Shown: positions 45,201 to 58,265 of the stretch, in pieces | Layout of the letters: each line of letters begins with the position of its first letter | Position numbering within the stretch: the stretch's first letter is position 1 | Assembly: GCA_040954595.2 (NCBI GenBank) | Contig: CM082588.2 | Span: forward strand, 9,346,844 to 9,410,843 | Length of the DNA: 64,000 nt | Direction of reading: 5' to 3' | Origin: Balanoglossus misakiensis | Taxonomy: Eukaryota; Animalia; Hemichordata | Program-made: the position numbers and the translations under genes | The notes under the pieces: model-generated | The model's input: only the letters and a program-made list of their open reading frames with translations | What the model was told of the DNA's origin: nothing | Database searches by the model: none

Positions 45201-48200
45201 GTTGGACATGGACCACTATGGGTCAAAATTTTCTGCCCAAATTTTGGGTGACCTCAGATGACCTTTGACCTACTTAACACAATATCAGCACCAAACATAG
45301 ATATAACCTTGATATGTCATGGGATAAAACACAGCATTATGTTTCTACTCATTAATTATGTGCAGATCAGATAATAGAGCTTGGGCCCGGACAATGCTGC
45401 TTGCAGCTTTAATCTTTCTTTCTTCTTTCTTTATTCTTGTGTCAATTCTTTGTCGCTCTAGATCTCAGACACCACTGCAGGTACACTTCTGAAACTTGCT
45501 ACAGTGGTCAAGGTCAATGAGTAGTCGTGCATTGAACCCATGAATTTTTAATTAGTCACATGACCTGGCGGCCATCTTGGATTTTCTGAAAAAATGCAAA
45601 TCTCAGATCTCAGAAACTACAAGTCAGATCGACTTCAAATTTGGCGTGAAGGTAGACTACCTTCTGGCAAACATTTTTGTAATTGGAAATTATGCTGTCA
45701 ATGTTGCAGTTTTTTTTGCTACAGTTGTTTTTCTGAAATCTGGTCAAAATTTCAAAAATCTTCTTCTCCAGAACCGGCGATAACCGAGTCACGCGGTTTG
45801 GGGTATGTGGTCACCAAACTGAGGTCTATCAAGTTTGCGAAGATCATTGTGATTGGTCGAAGATTTTGGCGGCCATATTGGATTTTTGAAAAACCCTAGT
45901 AAAATTTCAAAAATCTTCTTCTCAAGAACCGGCGATAACTGAGTCACAAGATTTGGTGTGTGTGGTCATTAAACAGATGTCTATCAAGTTTGCGAAGGTG
46001 AATGTGATTGGTCGAAGATTATGGCGGCCATATTGGATTTTGTGAAAAACGATTAAAAAGTAAAAATTCCCTTTCTGGCCTAAAAATTGATAGCACAGAA
46101 ATTCTTTTTATGGATATGAATCATCATATGCCAAGAATAAGCTATAAATATTTTGGTAATTTTGGCAATGACCTTTGACCTACTTTTGACACATGATTTT
46201 TCTGCATATCTAATTCCAGGCTAACCAATAGGGCTATAAGTTTGGTTTTTGATGTATGTGGATTTGTATGTGATCCAAAAATTTTGCTATTTTTCATGAC
46301 CCCATTGACCTCTGGTGACCTCATTAAATATGCACATACCTAATTACAGATGAACCAATAGACCTAGAAGTTTTGTTTTTGTTATACATGGACCAGTATG
46401 GGGTCAAAATATTTTGCCCAAATGTTGGGTGACCTCGGGTGACCTTTGACCTACTTTTGCATATCTTGACATCCACAGCAGATACAGCCTTGGCGTTTGG
46501 AGGTATGGGGCCATAATGAAAAGCCAAAGTTTTGGGTCACCTGTGACACCTGCTTAACTCATTAATTATGTGCATACCTAATTCTAGGGTAACCAAAAGG
46601 GCTAGAGGTCTGTTTTTTGTTGGACATGGACCACTATGGGTCAAAATTTTCTGCCCAAATTTTGGATGACCTAAGATGACCTTTGACGTACTTTTGCATA
46701 TCTCGACATCCAAAGCAGGTACAGCCTTGGCATTTGGAGGTATGGGGCCATAATGAAAAGCCAAAGTTTTGGGTCACCTGTGACACCTGCTTTACGCATT
46801 ATTTATGTGCATACCTAATTCCAGGCTAACAAAAAGGGCTAGAGGTCTGGTTTTTGTTGGACATGGACCACTATGGGTCAAAATTTTCTGCCCAAATGTT
46901 GGGTGACCTCTGGGTGACCTTTGACCTACTTAACACTTTAACAGCACCAAACATACATATAACCTTGATATTTCATGGGATAAAACAGCATTATGTTTCT
47001 ACTCATTAATTATGTGCATATCTAATATCAGATCAGATAATAGAGCTTGGGCCCGAACAATGCTGCTTGCAGCTTTAATTCTGTCTTTCTTTCTTTCTTT
47101 ATTCTTCTGTCATTTCTTTGTCGTTCTAGATCTCAGACACCACTGCAGGTACAGTTCTCAAACTTGCTACAGTGGTCAAGGTCAATGAGTAGTCGTGCAT
47201 TGAACCCATGAATTTTTAATTAGTCACATGACCTGGCGGCCATCTTGGATTTTCTGAAAAAATGCAAATCTCAGATCTCAGAAACTACAAGTCAGATCAA
47301 CTTCAAATTTGGCGTGCAGGTAGACTACCTTCTGTCAAACATTTTTGTAATTGGAAATTATGCTGTCAATGTTGCAGTTTTTTTGCTACAATTTTTTTTC
47401 TGAAATCTGGCTTAAATTTCAAAAATCTTCTTCTCCAGAACCGGTGATAACCGAGACACGGGGTTTGGGGTATGTGGTCACCTAACTGATGTCTATCAAG
47501 TTTGCGAAGATCATTGTGATTGGTCGAAGATTATGGCAGCCATATTGGATTTTCAAAAAACCCCATTAAAATTTCAAAAATCTTCTTCTCGAGAACCGGC
47601 GATAACCGAGTCACAAGATTTTGTTTGTGTGGTCATTCAACAGATGTCTATCAAGTTTGCGAAGAAGAATGTGATTGGTCGAAGATTATGGCGGCCATAT
47701 TGGATTTTGTGAAAAACGATTAAAAAGTAAAAATTCCCTTTCTAGCCTAAAAATTGATAGCACAGAAATTCTTTTTATGGATATGAATCATCATATGACA
47801 AGAATAAGCTATAAATATTTTGGTAATTTTGGCAATGACCTTTGACCTACTTTTGACGAATCATTTTTCTGCATATCTAATTCCAGGCTAACCAATAGGG
47901 CTATAAGTTTGGTTTTTGATGTATGTGGATTTGTATGTGATCAAAAAATTTTGCTACTTTTCATGACCCCTTTGACCTCTGGTGACCTCATTAAATATGC
48001 GCATACCTAATTAATGATGGACCAATAGATCAAGAGGTTTTGTTTTTGTTATACATGGACCAGTATGGGGTCAAAATATTTTGCCCAAATGTTGGGTGAC
48101 CTCGGGTGACCTTTGACCTACTTTTCCATATCTCGACATCCACAGCAGATACAGCCTTGGTGTTTGGAGGAATGGGGCCATAATGAAAAGCCAAAGTTTT

Positions 48201-51200
48201 GGGTCACCTGTGACACCTGTTTAACTCATTATTTATGTGCATACCTAATTCCGGGCTAACCAAAAGGGCTAGAGGTCTGGTTTTTGTTGGACATGGACCA
48301 CTATGGGTCAAAATTTTCTGCCAAAATTGTGGGTGACCTCTGACCTACTTAACACTATATCAACACCAAACAAAGATATAACCTTGATATTTCATGGGAT
48401 AAAACACAGCATTATGTTTCTACTCATTAATTATATGCATATCTAATAATCAGATCAGATAATAGAGCTTGGGCCCGGACAATGCTGCTTGCAGCTTTAA
48501 TTACGGGCCCAAGCCAAGCCAGGCTTGGGCCCGTATTGGTTTCGTTGGAGTTTTTAGGGCCCAAGCGCATACCAGCGCTTGGGCCCTATTGGTTTCGTTG
48601 GGGTTTTTCAGTCTTTCTTTCTTTCCTTCTTTATTCTTGGTTCCATTTTTCGGCCACCTAAATCTCAAAAACTGCAGCACCAACCAGGCTGAAACTTGGT
48701 AGGCAGATAGGGGCCAATGAGTAGATGTGCAGTGGCTCGTGAATATTTAATTAGTCACGTGACCTGGCGGCCATATTGGATTTTCTGAAAAAAATGCAAA
48801 TCTCAGATCTCAGAAACTACAAGTCAGATTGACTTCAAATTTGGTGTGCAGCTAGTATACCTTATGCCCATCATTTTTGTAATTGAATATTATGCTGTCA
48901 ATGTTGCAGTTTTTTTGCTACAGTTGTTTTTCTGAAATCTGGTCAAATTTTCAAAAATCTTCTTCTCCAGAACCGGCGATAACCGAGTCACGCCATTTGG
49001 GGTATGTGGTCACCTAACTGATGTCTATCAAGTTTGCGAAGATCATTGTGATTGGTCGAAGATTATGGCGGCCATATTGGATTTTCGAAAAACCATAGTA
49101 AAACTTCAAAAATCTTCTTCTCCAGAACGGGCGATAACCGAGTCACAAGATTTCGTGTGTGTGGTCATTAAACAGATGTCTATCAAGTTTGCGAAGGGGA
49201 ATGTGATTGGTCGAAGATTATGGCGGCCATATTGGATTTTGTGAAAATCGATTAAAAAGTAAAAATTCCCTTTCTAGCCTAAACATTGATAGCACAGAAA
49301 TTCTTTTTATGGATATGAATCATCATATGACAAGAATTAGCTATAAATATTTTGGTAATTTTGGCAATGACCTTTGACCTACTTTTGACGCATCATTTTT
49401 CTGCATATCTAATTCCAGGCTAACCAATAGGGCTATAAGTTTGGTTTTTGATGTATGTGGATTTGTATGTGATCAAAAAATTTTGCTACTTTTCATGACC
49501 TCTGCTGACCTCATTAAATATGCACATTCCTAATTAATGATGAACCAATAGACCTAGAGGTTTTGTTTTTGTTATACATGGACCAGTATGGGGTCAAAAT
49601 ATTTTGCCCAAATGTTGGGTGACCTTGGGTGACCTTTGACCTACTTTTGCATATCTCGACATCCACAGCAGATACAGCCTTGGCGTTTGGAGGCATAGGG
49701 CCATAATTAAAAGCCAAAGTTTTGGGTCACCTGTGACACCTGCTTAACTCATTATTTATGTGAATACCTAATTCCAGGCTAACCAAAAGGGCTAGAGGTC
49801 TGGCTTTTGTTGAACATGGACCACTATGGGTCAAAATGTTCTGCCAAAATTGTGGGTGACCCCTGGGTGACCTTTGACCTACTTAAGACTATATCAGCAC
49901 CAAACAGATATAACCTTGATATTTCATGCGATAAAACACAGCATTATGTTTCTACTCATTAATAATGTGCATATCTAATAATCAGATCAGATAATAGAGC
50001 TTGGGCCCGGACAATGCTGCTTGCAGCTTTAATTCTTTCTTTATTCTTATGTCAATCTTTGCTCTCCTAGATCTCTGAAACGGCTACAGGTACACTTCTC
50101 AAACTTGCTACAGTGGTCAAGGTCAATGAGTAGATGTGCAGTGGCTTGTGAATATTTAATTAGTCACATGACCTGGCGGCCATATTGGATTTTCTGAAAA
50201 TCTTTAAATGGCTTCTTCTCAAAAACCACAGGGCCAATCAAGTTCAAATTTGGTGTATGGTACACATGTCCTCTGCCCTTCAAAGTTTGACAATAAAATC
50301 CTGAGCGGTCACGTGACTTTGGCCGCCATATTGGATTTTCGAAAAAGTACAGTAAAATCTTCAAAAATCTTCTTCTCCAGAACCGGCAATAACCGAGTCA
50401 TGGGATTTAGGGTATGACATCACCTAACTGATGTCTATCAAGTTTGCGAAGAGCGTTGTGATTGGTCGAAGATTATGGCGGCCATATTGGATTTTGTAAA
50501 AACCAGCGAAAATTAAGAAATCATTTTTCTAGTCTAAAAATAGATAGCATACAAATTCTTTTTATGGATATGAGTCGTGATATGACTAGAATATGTTGCA
50601 AATATTTTGGAAATTTTCACATGACCTTTGACCTACTTTTTTAAGAACCTGCATATATGCATATATAGCTCATACTACGTGTTCTAAATGTACCAGAGTT
50701 CTGATTTTTGTGCACATTGGTACCATCCCTGCCAGGACCTACCCCAAATATTTTGGTAATTTTGGCAATGACCTTTGACCTACTTTTGACACATCATTTT
50801 TTACTGCATATCTAATTACAGGCTAACCTATAGGGCTATGATTTTGGTTTTTGATGTATGTGGATTTGTATGTGATCAAAAAATTTCGCTACTTTTCATG
50901 ACCCCTTTGACCTCTGCTGACCTCATTAAATATGTGCATACCTAATTACAGATGAACCAATAGACCTAGAGGTTTGGTTTCTGTTGGACATGGACCAGTA
51001 TTGGGTCGAAAATTTTTGCCCAAATTTTGGGTGACCTCGGGTGACCTTTGACCTACTTTTGCATATCTCGACATCCACAGCAGATACAGCCTTGGCGTTT
51101 GAAGGTATGGGGCCATAATGAAAAGCCAAAGTTTTGGGTCACCTGTGACACCTGCTTAACTCATTATTTATGTGCATACCTAATTCCGGGCTAACCAAAA

Positions 51201-54200
51201 GGGCTAGAGGTCTGGTTTTTGTTGGACATGGACCACTATGGGTCAACATTTTCTGCCCAAATTTTGGGTGACCTTACTTGACCTTTGACCTACTTAACAC
51301 TATATCAGCACCAAACATAGATATAACCTTGATATTTCTTGGGATAAAACACAGCATTATGTTTCTACTCATTAATTATGTGCATATCTAATAATCTGAT
51401 CAGATAATAGAGCTTGGGCCCGGACAATGCTGCTTGCAGCTTTAATTCTTTCTTTCTTTCTTTCTTTATTCTTGTGTCAATTCTTTGGGCAACGAGATCT
51501 CAGACACCGCTGCAGGTACACTTCTCAAACTTGCTACAGTGGTCAAGGTCAATGAGTAGATGTGCAGTGACTTGTGAATACTTAATTAGTCACGTGACCT
51601 GGCGGCCATATTGGATTTTCTGAAAAAAATCAAATCTCAGATCTCAGAAACTACAAGTCAGATCGACTTCAAATTTGGCATGCAGGTAGACTACCTTCTA
51701 CCCATCATTTGTGTAATTGGAAATTTTGCTGTCAATGTTGCAGTTTTTTTGCTACAGTTGTTTTTCTCAAATCTGGCTTAAATTTCAAAAATCTTCTTCT
51801 CCAGAACCAGTGATAACCGAGACACGGGGTTTGGGGTATGTGGTCACCTAACTGATGTCTATCAAGTTTGCGAAGATCATTGTGATTGGTTGAAGATTAT
51901 GGCGGCCATATTGGATTTTCGAAAAACCATAGTAAAACTGCAAAAATCTTCTTCTCCAGAACGACCGATGACTGAGTCGCAAGATTCGGGGAGTATGGTC
52001 ACTACACTGATGTCTATCAAGTTTGCAAAGAGCATTGTGATTGGTCGAAGATTATGGCGGCCATATTGGATTTTGTAAAAAGCAGTGACAAATTGAAATT
52101 CCTTTTTCTAGTCTAAAAATTGATAGCATACAAATTCTTTTTATGGATATCAGTCGTCATGTGACTAAAATATGCTACAATTTTTTGGTGATTTTTCACA
52201 TGACCTTTGACCTACTTATCATGCGTTATTATTTCTGCATATCTAATTCCAGGCTAACCTATAGGGCTAGAGGTTTGGTTTTTGATGAATGTGGATTAGT
52301 GTGTGATCAAAATATTTTGCTACTTTTCATGACCCCTTTGACCTCTGCTGACCTCATTAATTATGTGCATAGCTAATTTCAGGCGAACCAATAGAGCTAG
52401 AGGTTTGATTTTTGTTGGACATGGACCAGTATGGGATCAAAATTTTTGCCCAAATTTTGGGTGACCTCTGGTGACCTTTGACCTACTTTCGCATATCTCA
52501 GCATCCAGAGCAGATACAGCCATGGCATTTGGCAGGATGGGACCAAAATGTAAAGCACATTTTTTGGTCACCTGTTACACCTGCTGACCTCATTAAATAT
52601 GCACATACCTAATTACAGGCGAACCAATAGAGCTAGAGTTTTGGTTTTTGTTGGACATGGACCAGTATGGGTAAAAAAAAAATTGCCCAAATGTTGGGTG
52701 ACCTCAGGTGACCTTTGACCTACTTCACCCTATTTCAGCAGCAAAAATACATACGTCCTTCTTATGTCATGAGATAATACACCCGATAGAAAATTATATT
52801 TCTTCTCATTCATACTGTGCATATATAATTCGAGATCAGCGCTTGGGCCCGACAATGCTGCTTGCAGCTTTAATCTTTCTTTATTCTTGGCTCACTTCTT
52901 TGTCGCTCTAGATCTCAGACACCACTGCAGGTACAGTTCTCAAACTTGCTACAGTGGTCAAGGTCAATGAGTAGTAGTGCATTGAACCCATGAATTTTTA
53001 ATTAGTCACATGACCTGGCGGCCATCTTGGATTTTCTGAAAAAATGCAAATCTCAGATCTCAGAAACTACAAGTCAGATCGACTTCAAATTTGGCGTGCA
53101 GGTAGACTACCTTCTGGCAATCATTTTTGTAATTGGAAATTATGCTGTCAATGTTGCAGTTTTTTTGCTACAATTTTTTTTCTGAAATCTGGCTTAAATT
53201 TCAAAAATCTTCTTCTCCAGAACCGGTGATAACCGAGACACGGGGTTTGGGGTATGTGGTCACCTAACTGATGTCTATCAAGTTTGCGAAGATCATTGTG
53301 ATTGGTCGAAGATTATGGCGGCCATATTGGATTTTCGAAAAACCCTAGTAAAATTTCAAAAATCTTCTTCTCGAGAACCGGCGATAACCGAGTCACAAGA
53401 TTTGGTGTGTGTGGTCATTCAACAGATGTCTATCAAGTTTGCGAAGAGGAATGTGATTGGTCGAAGATTATGGCGGCCATATTGGATTTTGTGAAAAACG
53501 ATTAAAAAGTAAAAATTCCCTTTCTAGCCTAAAAATTGATAGCGCAGAAATTCTTTTTATGGATATGAATCATCATATAACAAGAATAAGCTATAAATAT
53601 TTTGGTAATTTTGGCAATGACCTTTGACCTATTTTTGACGCATCAATTTTCTGCATATCTAATTCCAGGCTAATCAATAGGGCTATAAGTTTGGTTTTTG
53701 ATGTATGTGGATTTGTGTGTGATCAAAAAATGTTGCTACTTTTCATGACCCATTTTTGGGTCACCTGTGACACCTGCTGACCTCATTAAATATGCACATA
53801 CCTAATTACAGATGAACCAATAGACCTAGAGATTTTGTTTTGGTTATACATGGACCAGTATGGGGTCAAAATATTTTGCCCAAATGTTGGGTGACCTCGG
53901 ATGACCTTTGACCTACTTTGGCATATCTTGACATCCACAGCAGATACAGCCTTGGCGTTTGGAGGTATAGGGCCATAATGAAAAGCCAAAGTTTTGGGTC
54001 ACCTGTGACACCTGCTTAACTCATTATTTATGTGCATACCTAATTCCGGGCTAACCAAAAGGGCTAGAGCTCTGGTTTTTGTTGGACATGGACCACTATG
54101 GGTCAAAATATTCTGCCCAAATTTTGGGTGACCTCTGGGTGACCTTTGACCTACTTAACACTATGTCAACACCAAACCTAGATATAACCTTGATATTTCA

Positions 54201-57200
54201 TGGGATAAAACACAGCATTATGTTTCTACTCATTAATAATGTGCATAACTAATAATCAGATCAGATAATAGAGCTTGGGCCCGGACAATGCTGCTTGCAG
54301 CTTTAATTAGGGCCCAAGCGCAAGCAAGCGCTTGGGCCCTATTGGTTTCGTTGGGGTTTTTCTGTCTTTCCTTCTTTCTTTCTTTCTTTATTCTTCTGTC
54401 ATTTCTTTGTCGCTCTAGATCTCAGACACCACTGCAGGTACAGTTCTCAAACTTGCTACAGTGGTCAAGGTCAATGAGTAGTCGTGCATTGAACCCATGA
54501 ATTTTTAATTAGTCACATGACCTGGCGGCCATCTTGGATTTTCTGAAAAAATGCAAATCTCAGATCTCAGAAACTACAAGTCAGATCGACTTCAAATTTG
54601 GCGTGCAGGTAGACTACCTTCTGATAAACATTTTTGTAATTGGAAATTATGCTGTCAATGTTGCAGTTTTTTTGCTACAATTTTTTTTCTGAAATCTCGC
54701 TTAAATTTCAAAAATCTTCTTCTCCAGAACCGGTGATAACCGAGACACGGGGTTTGGGATATGTGGTGACCTAACTAATGTCTATCAAGTTTGCGGAGAT
54801 CATTGTGATTGGTCGAAGATTATGGCAGCCATATTGGATTTTCGAAAAACCCTAGTAAAATTTCAAAATTCTTCTTCTCGAGAACCGGCAATAACCGAGT
54901 CACAAGATTTTGTGTGTGTGGTCATTCAACAGATGTCTATTAAGTTTGCGAAGAGGAATGTGATTGGTCGAAGATTATGGCGGCCATATTGGATTTTGTG
55001 AAAAACAATTTAAAAGTAAAAATTCCCTTTCTAGCCTAAAAATTTATAGCACAGAAATTCTTTTTATGGATATGAATCATCATATGACAAGAATAAGCTA
55101 TAAATATTTTGGTAATTTTGGCAATGACCTTTGACCTACTTTTGACGCATCATTTTTCTGCATATCTAATTCCAGGCTAACCAAAAGGGCTATAAGTTTG
55201 TTTTTTGATGTATGTTGATTTGTATGTGATCAAAAAATTTTGCTACTTTTCATGACTCCTTTGACCTCTGCTGACCTCATTAAATATGTGCATAGCTAAT
55301 TACAGGCGAACCAATAGAGCTAGAGGTTTGGTTTTTGTTGGACATGGACCAGTATGGGATCAAAAATTTTTGCCCAAATGTTGGGTGACCTCTGGTGACC
55401 TTTGACCTACTTTCGCATATCTCAGCATCCAGAGCAGATACAGCCATGGCATTTGGAGGTATGGGGCCATAATGAAAAGCCAAAGTTTTGGGTCACCTGT
55501 GACACCTGCTTTACTCATTATTTATGTGCATACCTAATTCCGGGCTAACCAAAATGGCTAGAGGTCTGGTTTTTGTTGGACATGTACCACTATGGGTCAA
55601 AATTTTCTGCCCAAATTTTGGATGACCTCAGATGACCTTTGACCTACTTTTGCATATCTCAGCATCCAAAGCAGGTACAGCCTTGGCATTTGGCGGTATG
55701 GGGCCATAATGAAAAGCCAAAGTTTTGGGTCACCTGTGACACCTGCTTTACTCATTATTTATGTGCATACCTAATTCCGGGCTAACCAAAAAGGGCTAGA
55801 GGTCTGGTTTTCGTTGGACATGGACCACTATGGGTCAAAATTATCTGCCCAAATTGTGGATGACCTCAGATGACCTTTGACCTACTTTTGCACTATATCA
55901 GCACCAAACATAGATATAACCTTGATATTTCATGGGATAAAACACAGCATTATGTCTCTACTCATTAATTATGTGCATATCTAATAATCAGATCAGATAA
56001 TAGAGCTTGGGCCCGGACAATGCTGCTTGCAGCTTTAATTCTTTATTATTCTTCTTCTTCTTCTTCTTCTTCCGAGAAATTCGGCCAGGTAGATCTGGAA
56101 AACCGCAGCACCTAGGGGGCTGAAACTTGGTAGGGTGATAGGGGCCAATGAGTAGACGTGCAGTGGCCTGTGAATATTTAATTAGTCATGTGACCTGGCG
56201 GCCATATTGGATTTCCTGAAAACCGTTAAATGAGTCCTTCTCAAAAACTACAGGGCCGATCGAGTTCAAATTTGGTGTGCAGGTAGCCTACCTTCTGCCC
56301 ATCATTTTACCCCATTGAAATCATGACGTCATACATAAAGTTTTTTTGCTACAATTGTTTTTCTGAAAAACTACTTCAAACTTTAAAAATCTTCTTCTCC
56401 AGAACCAGCGGTTACCGAGTCTCGGGATTTGGGATATGTGGTCACCTAACCTATGTCTATCAAGTTTGCGAAGCGCACTGTGATTGGTCGATCATTATGG
56501 CGGCCATGTTGGATTTTCGGAAAACCATTGAAAAATGAAAATTCTGTTTTGTAGCCAAAATGTTGACAGCACGGAAATTCTTTTTTTGGATATGAGTCAT
56601 CATATGACCGGAAGTAGTCACAATTTTTCGGGGCAATTTTCACATGACCTTTGACCCAGTTTTAAAACAACTAATTATATATGCATATTCCCCATACCTC
56701 CTCTTGTAAAAGCACCACAGTCATGAATTTTGTGGACATGGGTACCAATGCTGCCAGGACATGACACAAATATTTTGGTAATTTTGGCAATGACCTTTGA
56801 CCTATTTCTGTAACATCATTTTTCTGCATATCTAATTCCATGCTACCCAATAGGGCTAGAGGTCTGGTATTGGTTGGACATCGCCCAGTCTGGGGTCAAA
56901 ATTTTATGCCCTAATTTTGGGTGACCTTGGGTGACCTTTGATCTACTTTCCCATATCTCAGCATCCAGAGCAGTTAGAGCCCTGGCTTTTATGGGTATTG
57001 AGCACATAATGGAGTCTTACACAAGACCTCATTAATTATGTGCATACCTAATTTCAGGCGAACCAATAGGGCTAGGGGTCTCGTTTTTTGTTGGATCTAG
57101 ACTAGTATGGGGTCCAATTTTTTTGCCCAAATTTGGGTTGACCTCAGGTGACCTTTGACCTACTTTCCCATATCTTGGTATCCCCAGCAGATACAGCCGT

Positions 57201-57262
57201 GGCATTTGCTGGTCACCATGGGAACCGCTTGTGCCCCGCCAACGCTGCTTGCAGCTTTAATT
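36298..57262 (+). mobile_element. ~21-kb nested/tandem cluster of non-autonomous Helentron-like (HINE/DINE-1-type) elements: 14 bodies of ~1.1-1.9 kb
   Basis: 5' hairpin containing subTIR gggcccaagc, then a (CTTT)n tract, internal subrepeats, 3' subTIR gcttgggccc and small hairpin gctgc-tt-gcagc ending in tttaat(t). Inserted at TT with no TSD. Tails end at ~37724, 38950, 40378, 41846, 43518, 45413, 47080, 48502, 50034, 51447, 52874, 54308, 56040 and 57262. Confidence 0.85.
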
Positions 57263-57899
57263 AATCCTTATTTTTATTAGAAATTTCAAATCAAACATGA
57301 GATCGTGTCCTTTACAGTATTTTCAAAGTTTTGGCAAATACATAAATAAAATGTTTCTTGTGTTTCAATGGGTAAACTAAAAAAATTAAGTAGTCAGCCA
57401 CAATTTTATGTTTATTTTATAACTTTCAAACAATTTTGGCTGGCACAAAACAAACAAAGGGACTGCCACTGAAAGCAAAAATCATGAGGGGTATTTCAAA
57501 ACTTTTCTTGAAAAAGAACACCTCATTCATAACATGAAATCACATATAGAGTGATTGTTATATTTATGTTAGTTTTGTTCACATGTGACATGTCAAAAAA
57601 ACTGAGTTGGTAAATATTAACTGTGGTTATTATATTCAGCTATTACCCTGAAACTATTTGAAAGTGCTTGTTACAATTTTAACGCCATTAATCAATGAAA
57701 ATTGTGGGTAATTCCATTCACTAAATTAGTCACTATCATAATTGATATCCCAATAACTCAACCAGTCGACAACAATACCCCATCCACTTTCATCAAAGAG
57801 ACCCTCCTTATGCAATTCTTTCAGTATTTTGACTCTATGTTGTTGTATATTAATGGAGTCACTTTAAAGTTGGCGACAGCCAGTCATAGCTGGTTCATA

Positions 57900-58265
57900 T
57901 TCCCCACAGACAACTGTTGACCCAAGGAGTTCAGCTACTTTTAGCTTGGACGATTCCGGTCTTGCTTGTTTTCGTTTGTGGCAACAGGAGTCGGGCAAAT
58001 CCCTTAATGGACCTGCCTGTAGTACCTGATCTGGGGTATGGTAGTCACTACGAGGTCGATATTTTGGTAAATAAATGGAAGCTCAAGGGTGACCATCTCG
58101 GCCATACTGCAGCGAGTGCCCAGATGTCCTTTGCCGTGCTGAGCTGTGGTTTCAGGGCCAGTACTTCTGGTAAAAGACTGTTCCTTCTCTGGGATATTTT
58201 GTATCAGAAATTCTCGTACTGACGCTGAAGTCCGAAATTTTGACGTTCATCCCAGGAACGCTAAT
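57900..58265 (-). pseudogene. Decayed protein-kinase exon (subdomains VII-IX)
   Basis: ttgcag|ISVPGMNVKISDFSVSTRISDTKYPREGTVFY..(frameshift)PEVLALKPQLSTAKDIWALAAV..(frameshift)AEMVTLELPF, matching VKISDFG / PE / DIW motifs with DFG changed to DFS. Confidence 0.65.

Noticed and set aside
36796-56643. Recurrent short ORFs (MQISDLRNYK.., MVEDYGGHIG.., MAFHYGPIPP..)
   Set aside because: They recur only because the non-coding element bodies repeat. Stops and frames vary between copies, and there are no Rep or helicase motifs.
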